NCBI RefSeq assembly: GCF_009914755.1 | Contig: NC_060933.1 | Length of the DNA stretch: 64,000 nucleotides | Strand: one strand, 5' to 3' | DNA from: the human T2T-CHM13v2.0 reference genome, Homo sapiens | In this document: positions 28,480-42,335 of the stretch, in pieces | Numbering within the stretch: the stretch's first letter is position 1 | Layout of the letters: each line of letters begins with the position of its first letter | Notes under the pieces: generated by a model | The model's input: the letters and a program-made list of their open reading frames with translations, nothing else | Told to the model about the DNA's origin: nothing | Database searches by the model: none | Program-made: the position numbers and the translations under genes

Positions 28480-28860
28480 TTGTTAGTACTGTCCACTGAA
28501 TGTTTCTGGTTCTCTCCCTTGGCTGTGTTATAAGATTGAATTTCCCTATATTTGGTGTTGAGCATGGCCAGGTGACTTCAGTGGCCCAGTGAAATGTGAG
28601 CAGAAGTGACTCGTGTCCCTTCATTTACAGCCAGTGAGTGACTTGTGGTGAGCTGCATCTGCCCTGTGATTGGCAGAGCTCCAGATGGTGGATGCTTCAT
28701 TAGTCTGAGTCCTTGAGAGATGCGATGAGCAGCACTCCCAGCCCAGTGCACGATAGATATATAACATGAGCTAGAAATAAACCTTTTTTGTTTTAAGTCA
28801 CTGAGACTCATGGGATCAGTTCACTCTAGGGGAACCTAGTCCATCTCGATAAACACAAAA
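28480..28860 (+). mobile_element. MLT1-family (MaLR) LTR remnant
   Basis: ggccaggtgacttc...gaaatgtgagcagaagtgac and agaaataaacc...ttttaagtcactgaga LTR motifs. Confidence 0.6.
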
Positions 28861-29893
28861 GGCCAAGCTCAATAGTTTTCTCCTTAGCCTTGTGTGCAGT
28901 GTAGACTAAGATATGTGGTGAAAGGAGAGAAAAAGATTGTGATACTCTGGATAAGAACCCCGTGATGTAATAGGAAGACCCTAGTGAACTCCAGCATACA
29001 TTTTGCTGATTATTCAATTGGTAATTATGTATATCCAAGAAAAAAATCAGAAGCCACTTATTAGTTATTTCCAATGTGTGTATGTGATTCTGTTGTTTGG
29101 AGATTTGCATTTCCTGAAAGAAACCCTAAAGGTCCTAGAGCTTAATTGCTCTCAGAGTTGCTTCTTTGTCCTCACATTATTTATTGACCTTGCCGGTTCT
29201 TTGCATGAAACTTATTCTATGAGTTCAGATAGACCTGTTAATCACTGGTAAGCTTCGTTAGAAAATACAGAGTTCTTTTTTTTTTTTCTCTTTCCATGAA
29301 GACAGAAACTTAATGTGTTGCAGGTTGTCTTTTATTTTTCCCCATCAGATGAAAATAGCATGTTAATTTTGTACTTCAAAAAATTGTTTAATAGAGAACT
29401 CTCTTTCTGCTTGCCAATAGCACTTGCTTGTGCCTTCGCTGAGGGCCACATTGTGCTTCCAGAATTATGACACCCACTGCTGCAGAATCCACTTAAATTT
29501 GCCTCTCCATTCCAAAGGACATTATGCTTTAGTTGTGAGAGAACTGGCTTCACAAACATGTGGGTATCGGTTCACTCACTGATTTATGTGATGTGGACAC
29601 AGTGGGGAACATCTGAGATTTAAAATGTGATGGTCTGAATTTCCAACTGTTGAAATGAATCCAAAGCAGCAGATTTTTCTTCTTTGGCAAGACAGAATTG
29701 AAGCAACATGCAGTGATTTGGTTTGCCGATTTGCGATCTGTTAAAAATCTGAATAGCTTAAAAACAGGGAGAGTAAAGGCTGTGTAATGTGAAAAATATT
29801 CTAAAGGTCACCTGGTTGTAAAGTCTTAGGCAAGTTAGGCATCATGAAACAAGAACTATTTTGAAATAATTGATACATTGCGTGTGAACATAT

Positions 29894-29930
<37 letters not shown>

Positions 29931-30234
29931 AAGCTATTCTATTGCCAAAGTAGTTAAAATCTTATTTTGTTCAACCTAATTCTGAAAAGGCAAAGGTTAT
30001 AGTGAACCCAGCAAGTCTTTCTCCCACTTTGTAGTCTCTCACCTGTGGAAGTCATGGCTGGCATTTATTCATTTCTTTCACTTGTGAGTTTTCCCTTTGC
30101 CATCGTTCTGTCCTTCAACATTCATTGCAAATATTTTACAGTGCCCACACTATGCTGAGCACTGTGCTAAGCCCTGAAGATGCAGCAGTGCATAATGATC
30201 CCTTCGTTCTTGGAACTTATGTGCTCATCAGAAG

Positions 30235-30693
30235 AGTGTGCCAACTTGCTTAGAAATAAATCACCCGAAACTCAGTGGTTTAACACCACAGTCATTATTG
30301 CTTCTGAAGCTATGAGTTGACTGGTAGGTTCTTGAGTTGACTGCTGGGTCACCTGGGCCTGGCTGGTCTAGGATGGCTTCACTCACATATCTGGTGGTTG
30401 GTGCTGGTTGCTGGTGCTGGCTTGGGTTATGGAGAGTGGTGGGGGACCTGGCCATTGTGTCTCATTATTCAGCAGGCTAGGTATCTTCCCAAGTGACAGG
30501 AAGGTATCCCAGCAGCTTGAGAGAGTAGTCTCAATGTGCAAAGTGCTTTTCCAATTTCTCCCTTTGTCTTAATATCCCATAGGTCAAACCAAGTCATATG
30601 ACCAAGCCTAGCTTCAAGAGGTAGAGATATATATTTCATCTCTTGATAGAAGGAGTTGCATAGAATTTGTGGTCGTATTTTGCAGTCTATCAA
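30235..30693 (-). mobile_element. MLT1-family LTR remnant
   Basis: aaatcacccgaaactcagtggtttaac...ttttgcagtctatca. Confidence 0.6.
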
Positions 30694-31124
30694 AGGAGAT
30701 TTCTAATAATCAAATGAATAAGAAACAAAAGGTAAGTCAGATAGTGGTAAGTGCTATGGATAGAGAACAGGAAAGGAGAAAAGGAGAAGAAGAAAAAAGA
30801 ACAACAAAAAAGCAGGGAAGAGGGGAACAGAGACTGGAAATTTTTTTTTCGATTGTAAACAGGCTTAGGAAGTCTTCGTGGAGAAGGTGGCATGAGCAAA
30901 TTTGTGAAGAAGGTGAGGGAAAGAAATGAGCCTTAAAGATGCCTGGAGGAAGCACGTTCTGGTTGAGGGAACAGCCAGTGCAAAGGCCGTGGACAGGAGA
31001 GAACCCTACTATGTTGGAGGCATGGCAAGAAGCCCGGTGATTCTGAGTGAGCAAGAGAGTGGTAGAAGATGGGCTGGAGAGGCAATGGGAGTGGGTCGGA
31101 GAGATGGGTTAAATCTTGAAGGTT

Positions 31125-31285
31125 GGTGCTTTTCACACTTTCATGTGCACCTGGGGATCCTGTTAAAATGTGGATTCTGGTTTAGTAGATCTGAGATGGG
31201 GCTGGAGATTCAGCATTTCTAACAAGCTCTCAGTTGTTACCGCTGCTACTGCTGCTTGTGGTCCTGAAACAATGCTTTGAGGAGG
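31125..31285 (+). mobile_element. MER5A-like hAT element
   Basis: cacctggggatcctgttaaaatgtggattctg...gcatttctaacaagctc. Confidence 0.7.
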
Positions 31286-34200
31286 AAGCCTATAGGTCTT
31301 TGCAGACTTGCATGCACAGTCAGTACTGAGTGAGGAGAGAAGCCATTAGACAGCTTTGAGCAGACATGTGACCCATTCTCTACTACATGATAACAGAAGG
31401 TAATTGTTGAGAATGTGTACATACATACACATAGCATAAAGAATGACTCTAGTCTGTAGTGTGGAGAACATTGTCTGTTCAGCTTGCCGTAGTTTCAGTC
31501 ATCTGAATATCGTTTCCTCTACAGAAAGCTATTTTCCTCTGCTCTTTTTGTAAATGACAAAGGGACCTAGCTCTGGACACCTCCCCATCCCACTCTCATA
31601 CCAGATCCTTTCTAGAATGAACCTGCTCTGTCTCCTTGCAGTCGCTCAAATCCTGATTTTTTGGAACTCTTCTTACTTAACCTTTTCTTTCTCTGATCCT
31701 CAGCTCCCTGACTCAGGTGGCTGTCAATCCTGACTACTTGTTTCAAACAACTAGAAGCCTTTAAAGACACCTTCAGAGAGCCCAGTTGATTGGGTTTGGG
31801 TGGGTTCTTAAATAAGCAGCCAGGATTCAGAACAATGACTGGGCACATTCTTCCTCAGCACCTGGTATGCTGCTGGCTGTTCCCACAGAGCTCAGAGCTT
31901 CTCTTTCCCAGAGGAGTCCACTCTCGCTCCACTCTTGTCTCAGTCTTTTCTCTTTTCATTACCATCAAAGTACCTGAATCATTAGCTTATTTTCAACCCT
32001 ATTGCATTTTGATGCGTCGGTAGTCAGATTTTGCTTAATTACAGTCATTTGCACTTGAGGTAGGGGATGATCTTTACATAGCCACACATATATGAGTATT
32101 TAAATATTTGTTGATATTTAGTGTCACGTATTTGTGCTTTTTAAATGTAATTGATTCTGTAGAGGCCCCATCCACACAACAAATCTCTAAGTAAACTTCA
32201 GGGTCTTACCCAGGGGATACTGGGAACATGGGCTAGAAGATCATTTGGCTCCAGGCTGCATATTTATGAGATACCTTCCAATGAGTTTTTAGATATAGTT
32301 TTGTGCCCTGGCTGGATTGGAATATAGTGTCCATTTGAAAACTTTCATCTCATGTCTCATTACCACATCTCATTGCTTCTAGTACACTAGGAGCTAATAC
32401 ACATTGTGCATTCCAGAACTATCTGGTGAATAGCATAGTTGTATTTGGAGGTTACATGTAAATACTGAAATAAGTTACAGATTTTGGCATTCCTTTTTTT
32501 TTGTAATACAGTAGGAACCCAATGCAGTAATACAGTAATTCCTACTGTATTATTAAAAAAAGGAATGCCAAATTATGTATATAGAAGTAGCCTGGGATCT
32601 ATCTCAAACTTTGCAAGGCCCTTCTGAAACCCTATGTTATTCCTGAAGATAATGCTTTTTTCTCCTCTTTTAATCCAGCCTGTATGTATACAGGTCTTAT
32701 TTATAGGTCCAGTTTGTTCTTAAATGATTTGTAGTTTTCTAATCATTGGAGGAAATAAAGAAAAATGAAAGGCAGTGCAAAATGTTATCTACAAATCGTG
32801 TCACAAATTCGCTGTATCATCATGTACCTGGAATGGCTTGGCTGTGCATCATTAACTTGTAACAGATTTAAACCAATTATTAACTCAACCAGATAGATTT
32901 ACTTGAGTGTTATCATAAAGGGCTCTGAGATGTGAGAGTATGACGAAGTTCCATAAAATTTATTGCTTGAATCTTGTTGCATCCATTGTTCCATTAAGGC
33001 ACTGCCTTTTGCCCCCACAGCACCACGTCAGATTTGGTTGTTACTTACTATTAGGAAGAGTGTGTTTAAATTAATGGTAATTTATTTGTCTTGAAAGAAA
33101 TGCTACTTCCAACAGTCCATGGCTTTAGAGGAGCCCTAATACTAGTCTCCTAAAATATAAATGACCTTTAGGTAGTTTTAGATGACCCAATGACCTAAAA
33201 CCCAATGACCATTGGGTTTTAGAGTTGGGAGCAAGAATGTCACCTGGCCCCCTCATTGTAAAAATGAAAAAACGAAGTCCCCTTTCAGTAGGGCAAGAAC
33301 ACTGAACTGGTATTTAGCAGACCTGAGTTCCAGTATCTTCAAGTTCTATTATGAAAGCAGCTCCTGAGAGTTGCTTCATTAAACTTTTCTATTTCTCAGG
33401 ATCCTCAGTAGGATGTATATATTTCTTTAATAATTCTTGCTAATAATTTTTATATTTATCAGGGCCTGTGTTTCTTTAGGAGATATATGTGTGAGGAAAA
33501 TTGGTCAAGGGAGTTAGCATGTGTAGGTATATGGCATATAAGCAAATAATTCAGTTTTAGAGGTAGTATTTTTTCCCCTACTTCTGTGAAAATCTGGCTT
33601 TTACACCCCTTTCATTAAGCTGCCTTGATAAGAAATGATAAATATTCCACACTTTGATACGGTAAAAGGTGTGAGGAATAGTTTACAGTTCTACCTTGGT
33701 GACTGTTTAGGAATAAGGTAAATGATTGATTGAACGGCTAAAGCATGCCCATCTTGTTTTGTCCGTTGGAACCACAGAACTCTTTCCTAGGGGAAGTTAG
33801 AAGGCTCATTTTGGGGAGGCATGCATAGTGATGACTTTTCCAAGTAGGAATCTGACCGTGTTATAATGGGGATGCCTTTACCCATGACTGCAGTGCTCAG
33901 GGCTGGCAAGCTAACCTTGGCTTTCCTTGGCTGATCCTGACTGTATTATATGGTTTGTGCAATTGTGTGATGAGGAGTAAGTTGCTGCATCCATCATGTT
34001 GAGCAGCCTGTTCTGTTTATGGGTCTGTAGAACTTATACAGTAACCAAATCAAGAGAATAGAGACATAGCTGCATATCTAATGCAGTCACTGTTAAGAAT
34101 CAAAATTAACATGATAAATTTGAAATAGGAGAAAGTGCTTGTGGGCTGTGGGAACCATTCCCCACTCTTGGTCTTTATCACTTTAATTTCTTGAGGCTTT

Positions 34201-35583
34201 AAACCTATTTCACAACTTAGTGACAGACCGTTGGCATGTTAGAACTAAGAAGGAGGAAAACTTATGAAGCCCTGTTCTTTCACTAAATTACCTGCGTGTA
34301 TTTGAACAATGCAAATAAAACAGGCAATATCCAGTGTTTGGAATATTAAAGTAATTCATGGATTAATTTTTAGTGGTGTAGAAGCCTCTGATTAAAGCTT
34401 AATATATATTAAATGCACTTTCTTCATTTATGCAGATATGAGGAATGGTCCAGATAAGTATAAGTCTTGAGTAACTACAAAAATCTAGAAATGTTGCAGT
34501 GATTCTTTTGGTAAAACACTGTATTGAGTTTATCTTTTACATCAACAGTAAGTACTTAGGAATGATGGAAGTGAGATACTTAAAACTCAATCTAGTGCGG
34601 GAAGTTACATATTCTTAAATATCACTTCTAACTTTCTATTTTGTGGATACAAACATTTACTTGGTAGGCATAATGGTTATTTAAACTCTTCTTTGGGCTT
34701 ATTTGACATATATTTAAGACTAAGCAAGCTGCTGAGATAAAGGTCAGTGGACTTTTTATGTTAAGAAAGAAAATTAAAAGCTTGGCACTTTAAAGCCAGG
34801 CTCAGGAATTGTCGAGATAAAGATATTAATCTTAAAGTTAATCAGGTCAGGGTTTAAACTTTAATAAAAATTGAAAATATGACTCCAAGAACGAATATGT
34901 ACTTTAGCATTTAGCCTATTTAGGTTTAATATAGTATGGTGAAAATAGCACTGAGCTTGGTGTCGGAAAAATCTTGTTTCTTTCTCTTGCTATTAGTATA
35001 AACTTGGGTAAATTACTGAATTTAGCGGTGCCTCAGTGTTATTATTTCAAAAATGGAGATTATAACTTATTCATTCTGTAAATGTTTACTGGGCAACCAC
35101 TCTATCCCACCCACTGTGATAGGTGCTGGCAATATAGCGGTGTTTTTAAAGTGAGTAAGGAAATAAACAGCTTGACCAGATAGAAAGTAACTGGGGAAGG
35201 CAATTTAGCAGAGAGGTCAAAGAAGACTTTGACTTCGGAAGAAGTGATATTTGAGCTAAGATCCAAAAAACGAGAAGGAAGTAAGAGGCAAGAGATTGAA
35301 AAAAAGAGAATTCCAGGCAGATGGGGCAGCAAGTGCGAGGGTTCTGAGGCTGGAAGGAAGGCCAGTGGGTTGGTGCGTAGTGAGTGAGGGTTAGGGAGAG
35401 GTGTTAGGGGATGATGTTAGACAGGTAAATGGGAGCCAGATATGATAGGCCCTTGGGTCAAATAAAGGCATTTTTTATCTTAATTTAAAAGTAACAGGAA
35501 GTAATTGAGAAGTTTCCCAAAGGGGTGATATTACCTTGCATAAAACAAAGTAAGGGAAAGCTCTTTAAAGATGGGAAAAGCAG

Positions 35584-35883
35584 GGCCAGGCGAGGTGGCT
35601 CACGCCTGTAATCCCAGCACTTTGGGAGGCCAAGGCGGGTAGATCACAAGGTCAGGAGTTCGAGACCAGCCTGACCAACATGGTGAAACCCTGTCTGTAC
35701 TAAAAATACAAAAATTAGCTGGGCATGGTGGCACGTGCCTGTAATCCCAGCTACTCAGGGGGCTGAGGCAGGAGAATCACTTGAACCTGGGAAGTGGAGG
35801 TTGCAGTGAGCCAAGATTGTGCCACTGCATGCCATCCTGGGCAACGAAGAGAGACTCCGTCTCAGAAAAAAAAAAAAAAAAAA
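35584..35883 (+). mobile_element. Alu (AluS-type)
   Basis: TSD aaagatgggaaaagca. Confidence 0.94.
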
Positions 35884-37659
35884 GATGGGAAAAGCATATG
35901 AATATAAGCAGTTAATATTGGTGTTACATAGGATAAGACAGTAAGACAAAGACACATGGCCTGATGAGTTATTTATCCTGTTTACAAGGTTGTAAAACTG
36001 TTGAAGTGGGCAATCACGTATGATGCTGAAACACACAGATAATCCAGAACACTTTGCATTTTTATGTGTTTTGGGAACAAGTGTGTATGAAGGTGAGAGG
36101 TAGCAAATCTATCTTGGTAATATTTTAATTAGACTGATATTTAAATTTTTGTTGCTTTGAGCATGCATCTGCTGAAGAACCGTGTGTCACCTGGGAGCTA
36201 ACATCAGATTCAATATTTGCCCCGAGGCAGCTCAAAGAGTAGATGGTTCATTTATGCAGAATCAAGATTTATAGTCCGTGGATATCATGAGCAGATAGTA
36301 TCAGTAAAACAGAACCCCAAGAGGAGACACTGATAATTTAATGCAAATAAAACCTTGCTTTACACATTGCACATATCTGCTGATATAATTGTAAAGATAT
36401 TTGGGATTACTTTATTCATCTTGCTTGTGTTTGATGAACTCCTGTTAAGCCTGATAAGAATAACATTTTTCTACTAAGATATCTGTTGAGATACCTAAAC
36501 ATTTTACTTGAAAAGAGGAAGAAAAATTTAGAAATTATTATTGGTCCTTCTATTTAGGAAGTAGAAGCTAAGAAGAGCATTAACCTAAAGTAAAATATGG
36601 CAGGACTTAATGGTTATGGGAAGACAAACTTTTAATTTTTAATAGTTACAATTATTAGTATGCATGTCACCTGGGAATTTTTAGTTCTGAAATTTTACTG
36701 GTTATGAGGTGAACTGAGTTTTCCTCAAGATAGTTTCTCATAGGTAACTATACTTCTTCTAATACTGTGAACATTATTAATGTTTTTCATTATCTTCTGG
36801 AGTTGAGTTTGGATAAAACTCTTCTTGAAATCCCATTTTATTCTAAACATAGATTGGGCCCTTAGCGTTATAAAAGAATACAAATTAATATAGATTGGTT
36901 GGGTATATGCAGGGTATATTTGTGCTTCATCTTGACTGCACAGGTCAGGATAGACGATAATGTGCTTGCACCCTTTGTTGAATGTTGCTTCATCAACACT
37001 CTTGGTGACCTCCTTCTCACCTCTTGGATTGAGCTGGCTGAGCAGGTGATGACTAGATTCTGATTCAGTTAAGGTGGGGCTCATTAACGTGCATTTCTGC
37101 CAGGCTCATTGATGCCAATGCTGCTGGTCCAATGCTTCTGGCCCCAGGGCCACACTTTGAGAGCCACTGATTTATAGATTTTTATTACTTATTTCAAGAC
37201 ATTTATATTAGGTGTGGTATGGCTGATAGCACTTAGGAGACATCAAACTATATACACCTTCTCATCTTTGTTTCAAAATTACCAGCCATTTTTTTTCAGT
37301 TTACAGTAGTTCCAAATGACTCCATCATGTAGCATAATCGTTTGTATTTTGTTGTGACGAAGATGGTCATGTTAGTGGAAAGCAGCACTTTACTAGAAAT
37401 GCTGAAATATTTCATTTATTTCATAAAAGGAAAGCTTTACATATTGCAAATGATTCTCAAGGTTGCTTTTTGCACTGTATAATTCCAAATGTTGATGTGG
37501 TTGCTATGACTTTAGGAAAGTTCTTTAATTGAATAACATCAATTTGATCATATATTTTAATCTAAACAAATAACTTCTTAATGTTTTGCCTTTCCTTTTG
37601 CATTACCTTTCCAACTAGCTCTCTTGATGACAGGGCTTTTCTCTGTAGAGTTAAAAAAA

Positions 37660-38330
37660 ATCAGGTTTATTGAGGTATCATTTGCATGCAGTGAAATTCA
37701 CTGTACAGTTCTGTACGTTTTGACAAATGCGTATGGTTGTGTAGCCACCACCATAAGAAACAGAAAAATTCCTTTGCCTCGGAAAATTCCTTAGTGCTGC
37801 TATGTGGTCAGCCTTTTGCCTCACCTCTCACCTCTCACCCTTGGCAGCTGCTAATGTGTGTTCTGGTGTACCTTGCCTTTCCAGAAGGTCATATAAATGG
37901 AATAATACAATAGGCAGCCCTCTGAGTTTTGCTTTTTCCTTTGTTGTAATGCATCTGAGATTCATCCTTGATTAATTAATCAGTAGTTTGCTCCTTTTTA
38001 TTGATGAGCAGTATGACATTGTATGGATGTACCAGTTTATCTTTCCACCAGCTGTAGGGCATTGGGTTGTTTCCAGTTTTTGGTGATTGACTAAAGCTGC
38101 TCTAACAGTCATGTACAAGTTTTTGAGTGAACGTTAAGTTTTAATTTTTCTTGAGGAATATACTTAGGAGTAGGATTTCTGGGTTGTATGTTAAGTGAGT
38201 AATTTTATGTGAAACTGCCAAACTGTTTTCCAAGTATTCCCAACAATGTATGAGTGTTCCACTTACCCCACATCCTCAGCATCATTTGATATTGCCATTT
38301 TTTCCTTTTATTTTTATCTGATTTGATAGG
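37660..38330 (-). mobile_element. Old L1M 3' fragment
   Basis: tttattgaggtat...tttgacaaatg...gggttgtttccagttttt...aaactgccaaactgttttccaa. Confidence 0.75.
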
Positions 38331-38482
38331 TGTTTTTCTGTGATGTCTTTAATTAATACAACAAGCCAATAGCTGCCAACAGTGGCTGAACCTTAGGAAC
38401 TATAAAAATAGGACCCATCCTTACATCTGGTTAGAAGCCTCACCCTCTGCCATTATCCACAGATGCTGCTGCTCTTCCCCTA

Positions 38483-38860
<378 letters not shown>

Positions 38861-38981
38861 AAACATCTCTGAACTGAACAACCATTAGCAAAGATATAGG
38901 GGGAGCTTCTCCTCCTAATAGGGTTTTAAAACTCAGAGTGACAGGGTCATAAGCTGTCCCAAGCTAGTCTCTATCACATGT

Positions 38982-39120
38982 TTTTTGCTTTGGTTTGTTT
39001 TTTAAGAGGTGGGGGTCTCTATCACCCAGGCTGGAGTGCTGTGGTGATCAGAGCTCAATGCAGCCTCAAACTCCTGGGCTCAAGCGATCCTCCTGCCTCG
39101 GCCTCCCAAAGTGCTAGAAT
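38982..39120 (-). mobile_element. Alu monomer (FLAM-like)
   Basis: ~130-bp antisense monomer-like Alu. Confidence 0.75.
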
Positions 39121-39216
39121 CTATCACATACTTTTAATTTAATGCTCACATCTTCTCTACTCCAAATATTCTCCTTTAAGAATAAAATGGGTTATTTTAA
39201 ATGCTATAAAGCTCAA

Positions 39217-39540
39217 GGCCGGGTGGTATGGGTCATGCCTGTAGTCCCAGCACTTTGGGAGGCCAAGCTGGGAGGATTGCCTGAGCTCAGGAGTTCGAGA
39301 CCAGCCTGGGCAACATGACAAAACCCTGTCTCTACTAAAAATACAAAAACTAGTTGTGGCATGGTGGCACACACCTGTAATCCCAGTTACTCTGGAGGCT
39401 GAGGCACAAGAATCACTTGAACCTGGAAAGCGGAGGTTGCAGAGAGCCGAGATTGCACCACTGCACTATAGCCTGGGTGACAGAGTAAGACTCTGCCTCC
39501 AAAAAAATTAAAAAATAAAATAAAAAAACAAATAAAAAAA
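39217..39540 (+). mobile_element. Alu
   Basis: TSD aaatgctata(a/g)agctcaa. Confidence 0.93.
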
Positions 39541-39849
39541 TGCTATAGAGCTCAAAATAGCCTCTGTTTACCAGTATGAAAAAATACTGGCAATTCTGAA
39601 TCTGATTATACCATACACATTCAAATACATATTTTCTAAAATTTTTTTTGAGGGGAGAGTTTTTGGAATCATTAATGGAAGGCATAAAAGAATGAAACAT
39701 GCCAGTTAACATTAGTTTTAAAATAAAAAAGTTGTTAGAGATTTTTTTCATTTAAGCTTATTTTAATTAACTAGATAGGAATATTTAAATGGAGATTGCA
39801 GGATTCAGGGTAAATGTTTCTGTTTCTGCCGAATGAAATGGATGAATTA

Positions 39850-40060
39850 GAACAGTAGTTCTTCACCTTGGCTGCATATTAGAATCACCTAGATGTTTTC
39901 AAAAAGAAAAGTACCGATGCCCTGGCCTTATCTCAGACCCTTAAGTCAGAATCAGAATCTCTGGGGCAGGTGTGCAGGGGTCAGGGGATTGGTCCTTCGG
40001 CATTAGTACTTTTTAAAGTCCCCGTATAATTCTAATGCATAGACAACATTGAGCATGACT
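39850..40060 (+). mobile_element. MER5-family hAT element
   Basis: cagtagttcttcaccttggctgcatattagaatcacct...tcagaatctctgggg. Confidence 0.65.
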
Positions 40061-41809
40061 GGACCGAAAGCGAACATATACTGTTCTAGGCAGTAATTCT
40101 AGCAATGTTTTCACCTATAAAAATATGTACTATTTTCTGTTTGTTTCCATCTATGTGGCAATGCTTCCGGTTCCCGAGATGATGGTGCAGAAAAGAGTGA
40201 AGACCCCATTTTCAGACATGTGTTCTTTCTCTCAGCCTCTCTTGGGCTCTCTATTTCGTTTGTGTGTGTGTGTGTATGTGTGTGTGTGTATGGGAAATGT
40301 GTGTCTTAAAAACAGGTGGGATAGCTTAAATATTAAACAATAATCTCTGTAAGTCTCTCCAGAAATTACTTACAGATGGGTTTTGAAGAACTTTTCATAA
40401 GAATGGCTGACTATAAATAGCAGTAATAAATGCTCTTATCTGAGGACTAGAGTACATGGGTTATTTTATATTAAGGATATAATTACTCATTTTGGACAAA
40501 AATGGATTGAAGAAAATAAAAGCGTAATGTCATTTCCAGGTCATTCTTAAATAACTGTTATAAACATACTGTAAGTTGAATGTTGAACCCAGTCCTTATC
40601 TGTAGTGTGCTGATATGAAAATTTATTTGAGTACTCTTGGGAGAAATGTTCTAATTCAATAGAGGACATAGGTTTCAAACTCACAGTTGACACCATGGGG
40701 TTGGCAGAATCAAGTCAGGACATTATCCTCATGTCAACAGGGACTGTGTTTTGTTCACTCTGTCTGCAGTGTCTTTGGATCATTGCTCGGCACATAGTAC
40801 ACACTCAGTTAATAGATGAATGTCTGATAGTCTGTAAAAGCATTAGTAGGGTACAAAAATGAAATTCAGCATTCAACAGAAATATAGATTTCTGTCATTT
40901 ACATATACATTTTAAAAATTAAAGTACAGACTGGAGGAGAACCAAGTTAAAAAGAGTTCCCAAGGATTATTCTGCTAAAGTATTCTGATTTTAAGCTACT
41001 TTATTAGAAGTACATTGCCAAGGGAGGTCATGGTATCATGGACTCTATCCCAACTCCACCTTACCTGGAGTTGAGATGTGTTGTGTTCTAGGCTCCAGGA
41101 TTTCTGGGGAGACGTTACAGATGGCTTGTCTAGGGGAAGTAACCTGCAAAAGCTTGTTACATGAGAAAAAAATGGAGAAACTTGGAGGTTTGGCCAGAAA
41201 CAGGGAAGACCCAGTAGGGATGTGTTGGCTGTCTGCCATGTAGAAGAGGGATGATGCCATTGGGTTGTTGCCTTGAGTAGTCAGTGGACCTAGGCTAATT
41301 ACTGGGAAGAACTTTTTAACAAATGGGCTGCCCAGAAAATGCAGCACCCTAGCCAATTGGAAGGAAGGATTTCTGCATCCAGTGGGGAAGGGCAGATTAA
41401 AATCTTATGAAGATGTTTTCCAACTCTGAGATTCTATGATTTGCTTTGAGGCAAATCTCATGTCCCTTGTGAATAGTTGGGCAGACCATCAGATTTTCAC
41501 TTGAACCTGGGAAAATCTGGTGCTTATTCAACTTGCTGTGTCTTAAGTTTCCTTGGTGAAAGTGTTGCATCTGTTTCTTACCCGCTCAGGATTCGTAATC
41601 AGATGTTTTTGATTACCTGCTAGTAAGGTAAACTACGAGGACTTAAATTCTTCTGTACTCTATTCAGGTGGCTTTAGAATAAACTAATGAGGCCTTATAT
41701 TAGTGAGGGCGAGGAGGTGAGACAGGGTGGGGATACTATGTTAGTGTACCCATAGAATTGAATGTGGCTCTACAAAACCCTTTGAGTAAGTTTTAAATAA
41801 AATCAAGGT

Positions 41810-42010
41810 GTTGTGCCTGGAAAAAGCATAGATTTTTGGAATCAGGCTGACCTGGTTTCAAATCCTGGCTTGGATACTTCTTTACTTGGGCATATTACTT
41901 AACTTCTTTTAGGTTTAGAGTCAGTTTCCTTGTCCATAAAATTAGAGTAATTCTCCTTCCTTTGGAGGGTTGTTGGGAAGATTAGACGTAACGTAGGGAA
42001 AGCATTCAGG
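41810..42010 (+). mobile_element. MIR
   Basis: ttggaatcaggctgacctggtttcaaatcctggct...cagtttccttgtccataaaa. Confidence 0.7.
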
Positions 42011-42335
42011 AAGTGGGAATGTTTATTAGTAGTCATGTCAATTACACAGTGGCTTTGAATAGATAAGTCATTTACTAGTTCTATTTTTCTAGGCAGATTC
42101 CTTCATTTTGGGCTTCAGTTTGTTTTGAGAATTAAGATCAAGATCATGTGAAAAAAAGTGCTTAGCAGAGTACCTATATTGCTATAGCTATATTGGTATA
42201 ACTATTTGGAAGCTGATAACCAAATACCCAAGGATTCCTGAAAATTATGAAGAATAAAAAGGAACCAAATTCAAATAGTCTTTCTAGTTTAATTTCCTTT
42301 TCTTTTGGGTGTCTCCTGAGGTACTAGTTCTACCT

